A stretch of DNA of 64,000 nucleotides from Amoebidium appalachense (GCA_963693365.1 CAVNZM010000006.1:434001-498000), one strand, 5' to 3'; shown: positions 1-13,277, counted from the first letter of the stretch. Program-made: numbers and translations. The notes: generated from the sequence alone by a model not told the origin.

Positions 1-1191
1 GAATGCGGAACACAGTACGAAGTACGCATACACGATGAGAAGCATGGTGCAGGACACATGCAAAGGCAAACATTCAAGTATGCAGCATCAGCCATGCGCA
101 CAGTATGCGTCATAAGCAGAGCCCATCCTCAGGGAGGGCCCAAGTCATCAATTGCGTCTGAGTTTCGACCCCTTAGCCCGCGTATATACGACGCTCCAAC
201 TCAGACAGCAGCATCAACTGAACTTGGGTGGGTCAACCCGTCTTGATCAAAGACGAGCAGGGTTGCTTATGCAAGCAAGGTGAGCAAAACGGTGAAGATG
301 TATGTGCAAACTAATGCAGTGCAGCGACAAACGCGTATGTGCTTACAGATGCACGACACAGAGCAACCATGCCCGGTTGCATGGAAGTAAAGATGTCTCC
401 ACACAGTGGTCTGTCCTGAAAGGACACCTCTGAAAGAAGACAGGGGGGGTTTTGAATGCGGAACACAGTACGAAGTACGCATACACGATGAGAAGCATGG
501 TGCAGGACACATGCAAAGGCAAACATTCAAGTATGCAGCATCAGCCATGCGCACAGTATGCGTCATAAGCAGAGCCCATCCTCAGGGAGGGCCCAAGTCA
601 TCAATTGCGTCTGAGTTTCGACCCCTTAGCCCGCGTATATACGACGCTCCAACTCAGACAGCAGCATCAACTGAACTTGGGTGGGTCAACCCGTCTTGAT
701 CAAAGACGAGCAGGGTTGCTTATGCAAGCAAGGTGAGCAAAACGGTGAAGATGTATGTGCAAACTAATGCAGTGCAGCGACAAACGCGTATGTGCTTACA
801 GATGCACGACACAGAGCAACCATGCCCGGTTGCATGGAAGTAAAGATGTCTCCACACAGTGGTCTGTCCTGAAAGGACACCTCTGAAAGAAGACAGGGGG
901 GGTTTTGAATGCGGAACACAGTACGAAGTACGCATACACGATGAGAAGCATGGTGCAGGACACATGCAAAGGCAAACATTCAAGTATGCAGCATCAGCCA
1001 TGCGCACAGTATGCGTCATAAGCAGAGCCCATCCTCAGGGAGGGCCCAAGTCATCAATTGCGTCTGAGTTTCGACCCCTTAGCCCGCGTATATACGACGC
1101 TCCAACTCAGACAGCAGCATCAACTGAACTTGGGTGGGTCAACCCGTCTTGATCAAAGACGAGCAGGGTTGCTTATGCAAGCAAGGTGAGC
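1..1191 (-). mobile_element. Head-to-tail array of a 453-bp non-coding Penelope-like/retrozyme-like unit (family B); 2.6 copies visible, probably continuing left of the window
   Basis: GAATGCGGAACAC recurs at 1, 454 and 907 and the copies look identical. Unit junction on the minus strand is CATTCAAAA-C7. The array abuts a G/C run at 1192. Dispersed copies occur at 35339 and 46779. Confidence 0.8.
119..234 (-). ncRNA. Candidate permuted hammerhead-like ribozyme with kink-turn (family B; repeats at +453 and +906)
   Basis: Minus strand reads GACCC..CCCAAGTTCA-GTT-GA..GTCTGAGTT-GGA..GGGTC-GAAAC-TCAGAC..TGA-TGACTTGGG-CCC-TCC-CTGAGGA-T-GGG. Helices covary with family A. Confidence 0.45.
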
Positions 1192-1312
1192 GGGGGGGGG
1201 GGGGGGGGGGGGATATATATGCGGGGGAAGGATGCCTCCAGAAAGGAGGAGAGGCTATGTGTAAGGGAACAGACGATGCGGCAGGGAGCGGAAGGGGGGT
1301 AGGGGGGGGGGG

Positions 1313-1670
1313 TTTTGAATGCGTCAAAAAGTACGAAGTACACAAGAACAAACGGATAACACGATGCAGAATGCAAGCCATACATAAAGAGTATGCATAA
1401 TAAGCAGAGCCCATCCTCAGGGGGGGCCCACGTCATCCACAGTACCCGAGTTTCGACCTATTCCCCTCGTTAACGAAACCCAACTCAGATACTGTTTCAC
1501 TTGAACATGAGTAGGTCACCCGTCTTGATCAGAGACGAGCAGGGTTGCTTATGCAGGCAAGGGCAGTGGGAAAGGCCGGGGGTTAAAGTTGCAGCAGTAA
1601 GCAGAAGCAAGAAAAATATAGATAGGAACTCAGGAGACGGGGCTTCTAGGAAGCTCCCCCGTCGATACCT
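1313..1670 (-). mobile_element. Family A Penelope-like terminal (pLTR) fragment, 5'-truncated
   Basis: Reverse complement of part of the copies at 38039-38449 and 46015-46425. Its 3' end GCATTCAAAA abuts a C-run. Confidence 0.8.
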
Positions 1671-1786
1671 GGGGGGAGGGGAATTGAATTAGAAAGAAAA
1701 ACGAAAGGAGGAGAGATATAATTCTTAAGACACGAGTCGGGTGGAGGAGAGGAGGATGGAGAGGGGGATGGGGGGGGGGCACATAC

Positions 1787-3064
1787 GGTGGCCTCTGTGG
1801 CCTGCACAAACTGCTGGAAGACATTCCGCAGTGACTGCACCCGGCCCAGCCGTTCAGCCCTGCAAGGGGGGGAGGGGGGGGGGGAGGGGGGAGCGGGGAG
1901 GAGAGAAGGGCGTTGAGAGGGGGGGAGGGGGGAGGTTAGTGGGGGGGGGGGGGGGGGGGGGGTTACTGATGAATCTGCCCAGAAATAAGGGTCAACGAGA
2001 GGAAGGAACAGAGGACAAGAGGGATAATCTGGCTTTTGTGTTAGGGGCAGTTAAGCAGGAACGGGCCGATAGGGGAAAGTGATAATGGGCCAAGCAAAAA
2101 AAAAAAAAAATGCAATTTCATGAAAGTCGATAGCGGTATTGACACGGAGGGAATGGGCTGGGCCCTGGCGGGGGGAGGGGGGGGGGGGGGGGGGGGGGGA
2201 GGGGAAGGGGAAGGGGAGAAGGGGAGGGCGGGGGGAGGGGGGGAGGGGGGAGGGGGAGAGAGGAAGGGGAGAGTGGCGCAAAAGGAGGGGGGAAAGGTGC
2301 CAGGGGAGGGGGCAGGAGGGAGAAGTGAATGGCAAACAGTAGTATAATTGGAAAGCCAAAATGACTGAGATCTGAACCAGCAAGAGAAATGCAGAAGATT
2401 CAGGACGTCAGATATAGATTTATGTGAATGTAATAGTATGTGTAACTTGGTTTTTATTTTTTTTTAGCCTCTGTGCGCGTGTATTTAGGCTTCCGACCCC
2501 TGTGGTGTATACTTGTTGTGGATGCAGGGAAGGTGGGCTTCTACATGTTAGTAGAAGTGTGTGTTGGTGGATATGCGTGTGGGCGTGCGAATGTAGGTGT
2601 GTGTACATGCTGCGGCCACAATATGTGTGTACTTGGGAGGGTGGTTGCGTGAGTGTGAGTACGCTGGCCGTTCTATTTGCTCCCATCTTGAGGATGTGGG
2701 CCCACAGCAAGCACCATGCGTCAGTACAAGTCAGCACAGAGCAACTTTACGTGCGTTATGTTCTCGGTTGACCAAAACCGTGAGGCAGGGATGGAAACTA
2801 GAGAGATTTGGGGGCAAAATGTGGAGGGAACTGGAGGGGAGGGAGGGGAGGGAGGAGGTGAGGGCGGAGAAGGGAGGGAGAGAGAGAGAACTATGCGGAG
2901 CGGACATGAGCTCTACATGCGCTGGGAAAGAGCAGTAGCCAGGCACAAGCATGATTTATGAGCTTTGGGCCCAGCACGTACGTCCACTTGGCGTCCAGGC
3001 CCTTCTGGGTCACGGTGTTGAGGTCCTGGCTCTTTTTGCGCAAAAGACTGCGCACCCAACTCAT
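1787..3064 (-). CDS. 5' exons of a spliced gene of unknown function, continuing leftwards
   Basis: Exon 3064-2982 encodes MSWVRSLLRKKSQDLNTVTQKGLDAKWT and is followed by donor GTACGT. Exon 1859-1787 encodes AERLGRVQSLRNVFQQFVQATEAT, bounded by GCAG and GTATGT. No family recognised. Confidence 0.5.
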
Positions 3065-3519
3065 CTTGCTGCTGGCGCCCTAGCACCCCATACCTCAGGC
3101 TGCAGCTACTCTCCGGAACCTTAACCTATCCATATAGTAGTTAACGTGGCAGTAGTTCATGCCTCTAATAATTCAATAGAGTTCTTACCTCTCTATAACT
3201 CTAAATCCTAAAACATGCACACTCCTCTTTTGTTCACGGAAACTGATAGCCGACGGGCAGACGGGAGCACTGTGTTTGCTCCGGGCCTCGGAGGGTTTGT
3301 TGCCCACATTCCCCGTAGACTCCAAAAGAATTTAACGGTTGCTCTACCGGAAATAGAACTGCGCTGTATTTGAACATATTTCCCCCTTAATTCTTCTACA
3401 TGTCTCTTAAAGATCACCTTTTTTTAGGGATTTATATAGTTTTATATGCTGTTGATCGAGCACGTATATATGATATATCGAACGGTTTTTTCAGACAATA
3501 AAAATCATATGCATTGTGT

Positions 3520-3700
3520 AAATATGGAGTGCAGGGAGAAACAAATTCCAGGAATGGCCCTAATTGGCAACATTTTCAATATTCTGATTGGTGGTATTTA
3601 ATGGCTGAGCAAATCAGAATTTCAACATTTTCCTATTGGCTCGCACCTGAGCCGGCCCACTGGCCAGGGCCCCAAATGTACAAACAGTCGGAACTAAACC
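3520..3700. promoter_or_regulatory. Putative promoter region with clustered CCAAT boxes
   Basis: Repeat-free stretch with three ATTGG motifs (TAATTGGC, GATTGGT, TATTGGC). Similar clusters occur near 9750-9830 and 51800-52130, upstream of gene starts. Confidence 0.35.
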
Positions 3701-4202
3701 TGAGTTGTAACTCTTTTCGAAGTTCGAAAAAGTTTAGGTTAGACACACTTGAGACGCATGATAGTGCGTGGTAATGGGAGTAGTTGAGCCCTCTGGTTGC
3801 GAGCACAACCACTTGTCATACGGCCATATACAAATTTTTGAATGCTAAAATAAATCTATTTACTTGTTTGCACAAACGAAGGATAGGGCTGTTTACTTTG
3901 CTTTCGTGATTTGGACCGATGTCGTCAGTCTGACAACTCGATCTCAATGCAGCAAAGTTGCTGGCATCAACAAGATGGCTTGGCATCTTTTTGATGACAT
4001 GAGTGTCAACTACGACCCCCCTCCCCCCTCCCCCCTTCTCCCCCGCGCCCCCCCCCCCCCCCCCCCCTTCTCCCCCCCCCTCCCCCCTCCCCCTCCCCAC
4101 ACACACACACACACACACACACACCATCCCACCACGCGAACGCGAGTGCACGCGCGCACACACGCGCGCGCACGCCCGCACACACACGCACGCACGCACG
4201 CA

Positions 4203-4248
<46 letters not shown>

Positions 4249-4266
4249 TGTGCTCCTCCCTCCCCC

Positions 4267-4397
<131 letters not shown>

Positions 4398-5098
4398 GCA
4401 CACACGCACACACACACATCTTGCCACCATCACCACCACCAATTCCATTACCACCTAGACGCACACGCATAATCATCTAGACGCACCACCCAACTACCCA
4501 CGTCCGCCTGCCCTCCCAATGTTTAGAAAATTTGCCTTCTTTTGTTTTTTGCGGGGTTAGAAGCTTGCATCCTGCTTTTCCGCCGATATATTCAGAAGAA
4601 ATGTCACCTTTTTGTTGTTGTTGTTGTTGTTGTAGTTGTTGTTGTTGTTGTTGTTGTTGTTTGTTGTTGTTGTTGTTGTTTTGGTGGTGGTGGTGATGGT
4701 GGGTTGGGGTGTGTGTGTGGGGGGGGGGGAGGGGGGGGGGGGGGGGGGGGGAGGGGGAGTCTTTGCTTGGAGCGACTGACACTGTTCTATGAATTTCGGT
4801 GTCGGAACACAAATTTGACTGTACCCGGTATATACCTCTGCCAAATTTGGCAAAAGTTAATGTCGCTGCTAAAAACATAGACATAAACTAAATAAAGTTG
4901 TGACGTCAGTGAGACTTGAATATGATTTTTATTTTTGGATGGGTTTGAGAAGGGGGGGGGGGGGGAGGGGGGGGGGGGGGGCACCTGATTATCCCCCCCC
5001 CCCCCCCCCCTTTCTCCCCCCCCCCCCCCCAACATACACACACACACACACACGCCTCTTTCTCTCTCTCTCTCTCTCTATCTCTCTCCCTCTCTCTC

Positions 5099-5136
<38 letters not shown>

Positions 5137-5387
5137 CCACCACCACCATCACCCCATTCACGTGACCTGCTCGTTCTCTTCCTGTGCGCACGGCACCGAC
5201 CCGCAAAAATTTAAGAAAGCGCTCTTGATACCTTGGCATGCACACCATATCAATCGCACGAGTACGCCACCACGACCTACAGCTATACAACACATGACTG
5301 ATCCACTACAGTGCACACAGTCACACACACACACACCTATGCTTCGACAATTTGAAACAGCAGTACTTATCGCCCTTGTCGTCTCTT

Positions 5388-5428
<41 letters not shown>

Positions 5429-5543
5429 ACACACACACACTGTCTGACACGTATTGCACAAACACAACCACACAGACACGCAAACACACACACGCACACG
5501 CACCTTGACGCACACACACACACAGTCACACACACACACACAC

Positions 5544-5594
<51 letters not shown>

Positions 5595-6607
5595 TCCACA
5601 CACACACATGACATGCACGCACACACACACACACACACGAACACACACGCACATGCACACACACACACACACGTGTGTGCACACACACACATGCACACAC
5701 ACACGCACGCACACATGCACACACAAATAAAGAAACACACATACCCCACATAAGCACACTCAATGTCAGGCTCTAATCATCGTTACAGCACCCCGTGTCA
5801 TTGATCAATCTAGCTTGCATATGACTACTAATGCCCTTCATATCATATCAGGATCCGATACCTGACCAGCCGACTAACTTGCACAAGTCAGTTGGTTCAC
5901 TACCACTACTGGAGCCCATTGCAGTGCATGCTCCAGGCAGCTCTAGTGAACATGTAGCCCCCCCCCCCCCCCCCCTCCCCCCCCCCCCCTCCCCTCTCCC
6001 GTCCCCCCTTCCCCCACGCCCCGTTTGTTTGTTTGTTTCAACTGTTGTTTGTTTGCTTTTCTTTCTTTCTTCCTTTCCTTTTATTTCTTTTGTTCTTTGT
6101 GTGTGTGTGTATATATAATTTTCAAAGTTCGAATTCTGGCGGGGGAACCAAGGGGGTTCTGGCAGGGGAACCAAGGGGGGGTGGGGTGGGGGGGTCGGGT
6201 TGGGGGAAGGGGGGGGGGGGGGGGGGGGGGGGGATATGTATATGTGCCGTACGTGTGATGCATGTGCAAGAAGAGGGGGTGTTTCAAGTTGTAGATGGGA
6301 GAATTGAGGCCTCGGGGGGGAGGGGGGGGGAGGGTGGAGGGGAGGGAGGGGAGGGAGGGGGGGGGGGGGGGAGGGGGGGGAGGGGGGGGGTATACGTGTA
6401 CGGGGACAGACGAAGATGAAGCAATCTAGTTTATGATTTCTTGATGTACCGTACTGTTCAACCCATTGAACTATGGCATCACATTATGCTTCCCAGAACC
6501 AGACCAAATTTTCAGTGTTCACAGTTGCAACGCGTGTAGGTGTATTGGGTGTGAATCTGTGTGCATGTGTTTGTGTATGTACCAGTTGGTAGTGGTGGTC
6601 ACGGTGG

Positions 6608-6638
<31 letters not shown>

Positions 6639-6655
6639 GTGGTGGTGGTGGTGGT

Positions 6656-6685
<30 letters not shown>

Positions 6686-6687
<2 letters not shown>

Positions 6688-6862
6688 GAATGCGTCAAAA
6701 AGTACGAAGTACACAAGAACAAACGGATAACACGATGCAGAATGCAAGCCATACATAAAGAGTATGCATAATAAGCAGAGCCCATCCTCAGGGGGTCCCA
6801 CGTCATCCACAGTACCCAAATTCCAATAACCCTCGTTAACGCAACCCAACTCAGATACTGTT
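6686..6862 (-). mobile_element. Family A pLTR fragment, degenerate around the GAAA segment
   Basis: Homologous to 1313-1495 and flanked by G-runs on both sides. Confidence 0.75.
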
Positions 6863-7209
6863 GGGGGGGGGATTGATTGGAGGGCTGGATATGTTGGCAA
6901 AAGTTGAAGCTTTTTTTTTTTGGAGGCGTCCAATTTTAGGAAATGAGGAAGGGGTTACTAATACCAGCTGCCGAGGTGTGAAGTGTTATTTTTTTGGTGT
7001 GTATGGGGCGCATATATGGGGCGTGTCTCCATGTTCGTGTGGGCGGGTGAGTGGGTGGGGGGGGGAGAGGGGGATCCCGGAAGGGGGGTAGCAGCCCAGC
7101 CCGGTCAAGAAAACAGAAGCCGAGGGCAGATATGTTGTTACATCGGTGAGCAGCTAGTGAGAGCAGAAGGGTGATGGTGGTGCTTTGTTGGTGTGCGTGT
7201 ATGTGTAAG

Positions 7210-7240
<31 letters not shown>

Positions 7241-7761
7241 AGGGGGGAAGGCACTCTAGACGTGGAAGGTACGGTGATGAAAAAAACCTCGCTCTGGGTC
7301 TTCGTTGCCAGGCCTGCAGAAAGTATTTGGACAACAAATATCAAGGAACCAGAAGAAAAGTAAGGTGACATATTGCTCTTTGAACCCTGGAAAAGGAGAG
7401 AGGGGGGGGGGGGGGGGAGAAAGGAAGGCTCGGTGTGCCGGTACTGGAACACCAATGGCAGATGCGGGATGTAAAGAACAAGAAACTTCATGCATTCATT
7501 ATTTTTTAAAAAAGGGAGGCACGGACGAACCAACGCCCGTGTCTACAACATACCATGTCTAGGATTTAAAACTCGTGGCTAAAACAGGCAACGGCGCCTA
7601 CATAAGGCCCACACTGCTTTTATAACTCATATCACAGGTCCTGTACACCGGCCTCTCTCAGTATACTTTCAAACTCAGTATACTTTCAAACTTTCAAAAA
7701 GGCACCACTCAGCATACGTGCCCAAAAAAACCATTCAAAAACAAACACTCAAATACAAACC

Positions 7762-9315
7762 TCACACTTCCACTTTCCCCTCCCACCCTACAGTGCCAAA
7801 AACATCCGGCATATTTCGTTGCCGTGCCACATGGACAGCGTGCTCGACCAGCCTGGAACCTTCCAGCGAAACCGGTGCTTCCCTCTTCATCTGCTTGACT
7901 ATGGCCTCCCTTGGCACGTGTGGGGCCGCACTGTCCAAAATATCACCGAGCACTACCTCAGCCGCCGCCACTGCCGATATGCCCTTGACTATGACCAGCT
8001 TGGCATAGCCTTCGAGCGGGAACTCCGCCTCCCCACTCCTCCTCTCTGCGTCACTGCCAGCAATAAGCTGCACCCCCCACAGGGGTATATTTGCGCTCTG
8101 TGCCTTTGCAAGGTCGGGGCAGATCTTTGCTGCGTGCCGTGCAGACGCCAATGACCGTGTCTCGAGGGTGACCGGGTCGAAACCATTGTCGACTATTGGC
8201 TGCAGGTCAGCAGGGAAGGCTGCCACCGGGTCACACTTTGCCAGGCCCCCAGGAAACAGGGTTGCATCCGGGGTCATAGCGTGCAGCTGGTAGTAGCCCC
8301 CGCCATAGGGTGTCACCTGTACCATGCCGTTGGGGCTGCCCCGAGTGCCCAGAAGTGCAAGCTCGGGCATGTTGGGCTCGGCCGTGTACAGTTCTGGTCC
8401 GTTCCGCATATCGACGACATATGAAGACTTGAGTTCGGCAAGGGAAGGCACTGCTGGGCACCCTGGCACTAATGCATCAAAGGCAGGGGAGTTGCCCCCC
8501 GTGGCATTTACCAGGTAATCAAAGGTGAAGTGCAGTGGGCCATGAACCCCACTGGTGGTGACGGCATACTGCCCCGCGGGGGTGCGCACCACAGACCCCA
8601 CACTGGTCTCCTTCAACACGGTCAAACCCCGAGGTCCCCTCTCTACCGCCCGGTCTGCGAGTGCAAGCTCGAGTGCAGCACCCACCCTGACCATGGCCAC
8701 ACCGGGCTCGTTGACGCACACCACGGGGTACTGAATAGTGTCCAAGTCGGTCATACGTGCAAACGTGGCCACATAGTCGTCGTGCCCGGCCATACTGCTG
8801 TCCACAGCTGGCCGGCTGCGTAATGCTTCGAGCTCGGCCCGACTATATGCTTTGTAATAGTCTGAAGAATTGCCCAAAACAGGCGACATGCCCTCACCCA
8901 CTAGTCTCTCGTACTCCTCCTTGGCAACCTCACATCTTCGAACGACGATGTTCGGGTCGTCAGTGCACTCTCGTCTCAACCCTACAACCGTGGGTCGCTT
9001 GGCCAAACACTGGGGAAACCAAGAGGCGAACCTCAGCGAGTGGTATAGCAGTGAACGTGCCTCAGACTCAGGAATATTGAGAGCATACAGGAGCCCGCCG
9101 GCATGCAAGTGGCAGAAGGGTGTGTTAGACACCAGCAGTTTGTTCTTTTCGATGAGTGTGACAGAAACCCCATCTACCCGTGACAAGTATTCTGCTAGTG
9201 TTGAGCCCGCCACACCCCCACCCACAATACCTACACGAAAGGGTCTAGTCACAAGTGGCCGATCCATACCGACATCCTCTGCTTGAGGGATGGGTAAACT
9301 ATAGCAAGGAGGCAT
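7762..9315 (-). CDS. FAD-dependent oxidoreductase (DAO-like superfamily), bacterial type, intronless body
   Basis: 517-aa ORF with Rossmann motif VGIVGGGVAGS...VTLIEK, CHLHAGG.LY and FDYLVNATG. The true start may be the Met of MDRPL or a small upstream exon. Confidence 0.85.
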   Translation of the reverse strand: MPPCYSLPIPQAEDVGMDRPLVTRPFRVGIVGGGVAGSTLAEYLSRVDGVSVTLIEKNKLLVSNTPFCHLHAGGLLYALNIPESEARSLLYHSLRFASWFPQCLAKRPTVVGLRRECTDDPNIVVRRCEVAKEEYERLVGEGMSPVLGNSSDYYKAYSRAELEALRSRPAVDSSMAGHDDYVATFARMTDLDTIQYPVVCVNEPGVAMVRVGAALELALADRAVERGPRGLTVLKETSVGSVVRTPAGQYAVTTSGVHGPLHFTFDYLVNATGGNSPAFDALVPGCPAVPSLAELKSSYVVDMRNGPELYTAEPNMPELALLGTRGSPNGMVQVTPYGGGYYQLHAMTPDATLFPGGLAKCDPVAAFPADLQPIVDNGFDPVTLETRSLASARHAAKICPDLAKAQSANIPLWGVQLIAGSDAERRSGEAEFPLEGYAKLVIVKGISAVAAAEVVLGDILDSAAPHVPREAIVKQMKREAPVSLEGSRLVEHAVHVARQRNMPDVFGTVGWEGKVEV

Positions 9316-10988
9316 TCTCTATAAAAAAAAAAGGGAAAAGAGAATACGAAAAAAGTTGAAGAGTTGAGGTGAAATCTACACACACAGAGAGGTCGTGAAG
9401 AGTCGTGTGTGCACATGTGTCAATTCGACTTGGCAACTGAAGAACACGGCCTGTCCTCTTATAGTTCCCAGACTGCTCACACTGCGGCATTGTGCATGCA
9501 TGATGTCTGACCAATCGTTACGCTTGTAGATTGATGGCGCGAGCGCCGCGCGACCCGGATGGGAGTTCCCAGCTTGGCAAGTTCCTGAAGTCAAATGTTT
9601 TATTTTTAGAGGCATTACTTAGATTTTTGGCTTATGAAGTTTATATTAACAACAATTATTGTGCTACTTAAGACCATTTACGTTTTTTTCCCCCGGCTAC
9701 TCCGCGGTATAATGATCGAATAATGAACCTCTGTCACCATAGCACGAGCATTTGATTGGCTACGACCAATCCACCCTAAATAACACTTGTAGGACAACAA
9801 TCTGGAAGATCCTAAAGCAGCCAATCAGTGCACGGGGAGAAAGCGAAAGGGTACAGGGTTAGAAATAGTGTGGTACTATGCAGTCGACCCCGGGCTTGAG
9901 AAAAATTTGAACACATGAAGCTTTGATGTAGAACTATGTAGCCAGCCAGAAAGGGCCCGAAAGCTTTACTTAAATATGATCTTTAGATTAAACAGAAGAG
10001 CGCACACTTGTACTTACAGAAAATGCTTTGTGTGCCTAACCCATGTCCCAGCAGTGCAAGCACTATTGGATTCCCGGACTCCAAAATCTTAGCACATATC
10101 CAACATTTCCCATGTGCCCAAATTCGTGTACATGTGCCGGCTGTAACCGGCAGCAGAAGTTGTTTGCTCATCGAAATACACGCTAAATTAAGAAAAATAT
10201 ACAATGACTTAGCCCGTGAGTGCCAAGAAATGCAGGGCCGAAGATACCAGAACGATTGTATATGAGGCCCCAGTTTTGAAATATTGAAAAGATAGTCCCA
10301 AATTTAATTACGCATTCCCACTCAGAAAAGTCGACACATTTTGTTTTCGAGCCCTTTTAGTACAGTGCGGCTGGCGAATGAGCATGCAAGGAAGTTGCAT
10401 GAGCCTGTAAATATTTCCTGAAACCCGGCGGTACATCAAGTGCAAATCTCCCTTTGGGGATGTTCAAACAGTTTGTTTTTGTTTCATTGCATGGGTATTT
10501 ACCACCACCAGTAGCCTTTAATGCATCAGGGGTTTTTTAGTTAAGCTTTAAGGTTTCATACATCCTGAACTCGCTTGTTGATTTTTTACAGTTTTACAGT
10601 TGAAAATCCACGGACAATCGGACGGTGACCAAAGCGTGACACCTGGCATTTTGGAGCCCTTGGATCGCCCGGCTCCGCGGGATCGCCGCTCAGTTTCGAA
10701 CTTCCCCCCCAGTTGATGACGTCACCATGCCACTTTCTGCCATTTGTTTGTTTACATTTTGTTGTCATCCGCAGCATGCAAGGCGCATGCACACGATGAC
10801 CGCATGGTCTTTGCCCTGTCATGCTGTCGGCCCATGTTATTGACAGGGAAATTATAGTAGCTAATTTTTTAGAGGGCTTCCTTCGCTAAGGCATGCGCAG
10901 TAAGGTCCATATGTGATCCATGGCCGGCAGAATGCCAAATTCTGCAGGTCCGCCTCAGTGATGTACAAGGCGCCCCGGGCATTCCGTC

Positions 10989-11033
<45 letters not shown>

Positions 11034-11304
11034 TGACCCCCCCCCCCCCCCGGGCACCGGAGAGGGCGACCCCAATTGCAATGGGAGCAGCTCCCGTCCC
11101 CCCCCCCCCCCCCTCCCCCCTCCTTCTCCCCCCCCTTGCCCGGGCCCTCCCCCCCCCCCCCCCCCCCTGCAGCTGCCCCTCTCCCCCACCCCACCCCCAC
11201 CTCCTCCCTCCTCTTCGTGTACGCAGTGCACCCGCCCTCCCCCTCCCCCCGCCGGCCCTGCCCAGCCCCCCATATCTTGCACATCCGGAAGAGAGAGAGA
11301 GACG

Positions 11305-11388
<84 letters not shown>

Positions 11389-12670
11389 TGTGTGTGTGTG
11401 TGCGTGTGAGCGAGAGGGAGAGAGGGAGAGAGAGGGACTCTCGAGGAATGTGTGTGTGAGTGTGTGTGTGTGGGGGGGGGGGGGGGAGGGGGGTTGTAGG
11501 GGAGGGGATGGGGGGGAAGACAAAGGGAGCCTTGCAGGGAAAAAGAGGCGGCAGGCAAACATTTATGTATCTGTGTGTGCCTAGGGGTGTGTGTGAACGT
11601 CGTGTGTGTTTTGTAATCAGTGACTATGAAACCGTAGAGTCTAGTAAATCATTAATGATAATAAGGTAGTGACTCTTAAAATGAAAAATTCAAAAAGAAA
11701 ATCCATTAATTACTTCACTTTCACTTCGATCTCTTAGCTGTCACGTCAATTTTTCTTCTCGATTCTTCACCATGGCAGGTATATAAAGGCTTTCGTTTCT
11801 TCTTTTTGTGGTGGGAGGGAGTCCCACTCAGGGGAACGTGACTGCAGCATGTGTGTGGTGTGGCCTGGTGTATTCCTACTGCTGTGAGAGTGTGGGGGCA
11901 GCTCCCTTTCGCGGAGTTTCTCGCTTGAGAAGTGGTTTCTTCAACGCCTGGTGGTCCACTGCAACCTATGGTAACTTCTACACGCTGTCTACGCTTCTAT
12001 GCGACCTATTGGCGGTGGGCTGCTGCAACTTCTTCAGCTACTTCTGCGCTGCGTGAGTGGAGGGGCGGCTACTTGGTCGTCGGGGAGCTTTCCAAGTGAC
12101 TGCCAGTCCTTAGCCTCTAGTCGTATGGCAATGACCGGGTTTGCTTGCATGCATTCTGTAATTGTGTTTTTCTGTGTCCTGCCACAACTAGGCCACCTTA
12201 TCAGAGAGCTAGATGCAGTTTCTCCGGGTTATCTAGGGGCCGGGCCCGTTGGGATTGTTTTTTAGCTCAGATTTGGTCTGCATTGCTCTTTTAGAGGCTG
12301 ACTTGCTTGCTGTGCCTCGGTAGGTTTTGAGGGGGGCCTGTTGGGAAGCAGCAGTAATGATGTCTTCTTGCGGAGTGTGGTCTGGTCAACATCGATGCAT
12401 ATGACTAATTGGAGCAAACTAGTTTCACGCATACACGTACACTCAAGGTTTTGCCCGCTGGTGTCCTTTGTCACTTGTCGCTTTATTTTTATTTCGTAGC
12501 TTTGGCTTTTTCAGTTCTATTGGTGGTTATGTAGCCTGTGGCTCACGTTGCCTTCATCAACGGAGCAATAAAACCGAGTCAAAAGAAAAAATAATTACTT
12601 AGTCTAGCTATCATCAAACCCCCCCCTCTCCCCCTTCCCTTTCAGCCTCCCCATCCCTTCCCCCCCCGGA

Positions 12671-12703
<33 letters not shown>

Positions 12704-13043
12704 TGTCCCCACCACCACCACCACACACCCACCCAACCATTCATCATATCGGAAAACAAATAAAGAAGTACACAGAGTGAGTTTTATGGTCTGGGATCGT
12801 TTGCAAAGTTCTCAGACTTCTTCAGTTCAAGAAAAAAAAGCCTGTGCCGGTTGTTCCCAGTAGCTGAGCATTTAGCTGAGCCAGAGCGCTGAACGGCCTG
12901 CCAGGAAAGATGGACTCAAAATCAGAAGAAAACGCCTTGGCCTAGTGATGCTAGTGATGCCGCCGCCATCAAATCTGTGGTGTGTGTGTGTGTAAGTTGT
13001 ATTTGTGTGTGTGTGTGTGTGTGTGCATGACGTGTGTGTTACT

Positions 13044-13100
<57 letters not shown>

Positions 13101-13234
13101 TGCGCGCGCGTTTTGTGTGTGTGTGTGTGTGTGTGTGCGTGCATGCACGTGTGTGTTACAGTGTGTGTGGATGTGTGTGTGTGTGTGTGGATGTGTGTGT
13201 GTGTGCGTTTGTGTGCGTGCGTGTGTGTGTGCAT

Positions 13235-13277
<43 letters not shown>

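Noticed and set aside
119-234. HDV-like ribozyme (CCC-ATCCTCA-GGG on +, CGAA on -)
   Set aside because: P1, P1.1 and P3 cannot be completed on either strand.
58-1152. Repeated 62-99 aa ORFs in the 453-bp array
   Set aside because: No recognisable domain, and the frame is not preserved in the dispersed copy at 46779-47177.
9620-10870. Transposon or gene in the AT-richer block between the two flavoprotein genes
   Set aside because: No TIRs, TSD, coding motifs or second copy visible in the window.
12536-12565. Minus-strand TTGATGAAGGC..GCC hammerhead-like motif
   Set aside because: Lacks C3 and the GAAA segment.
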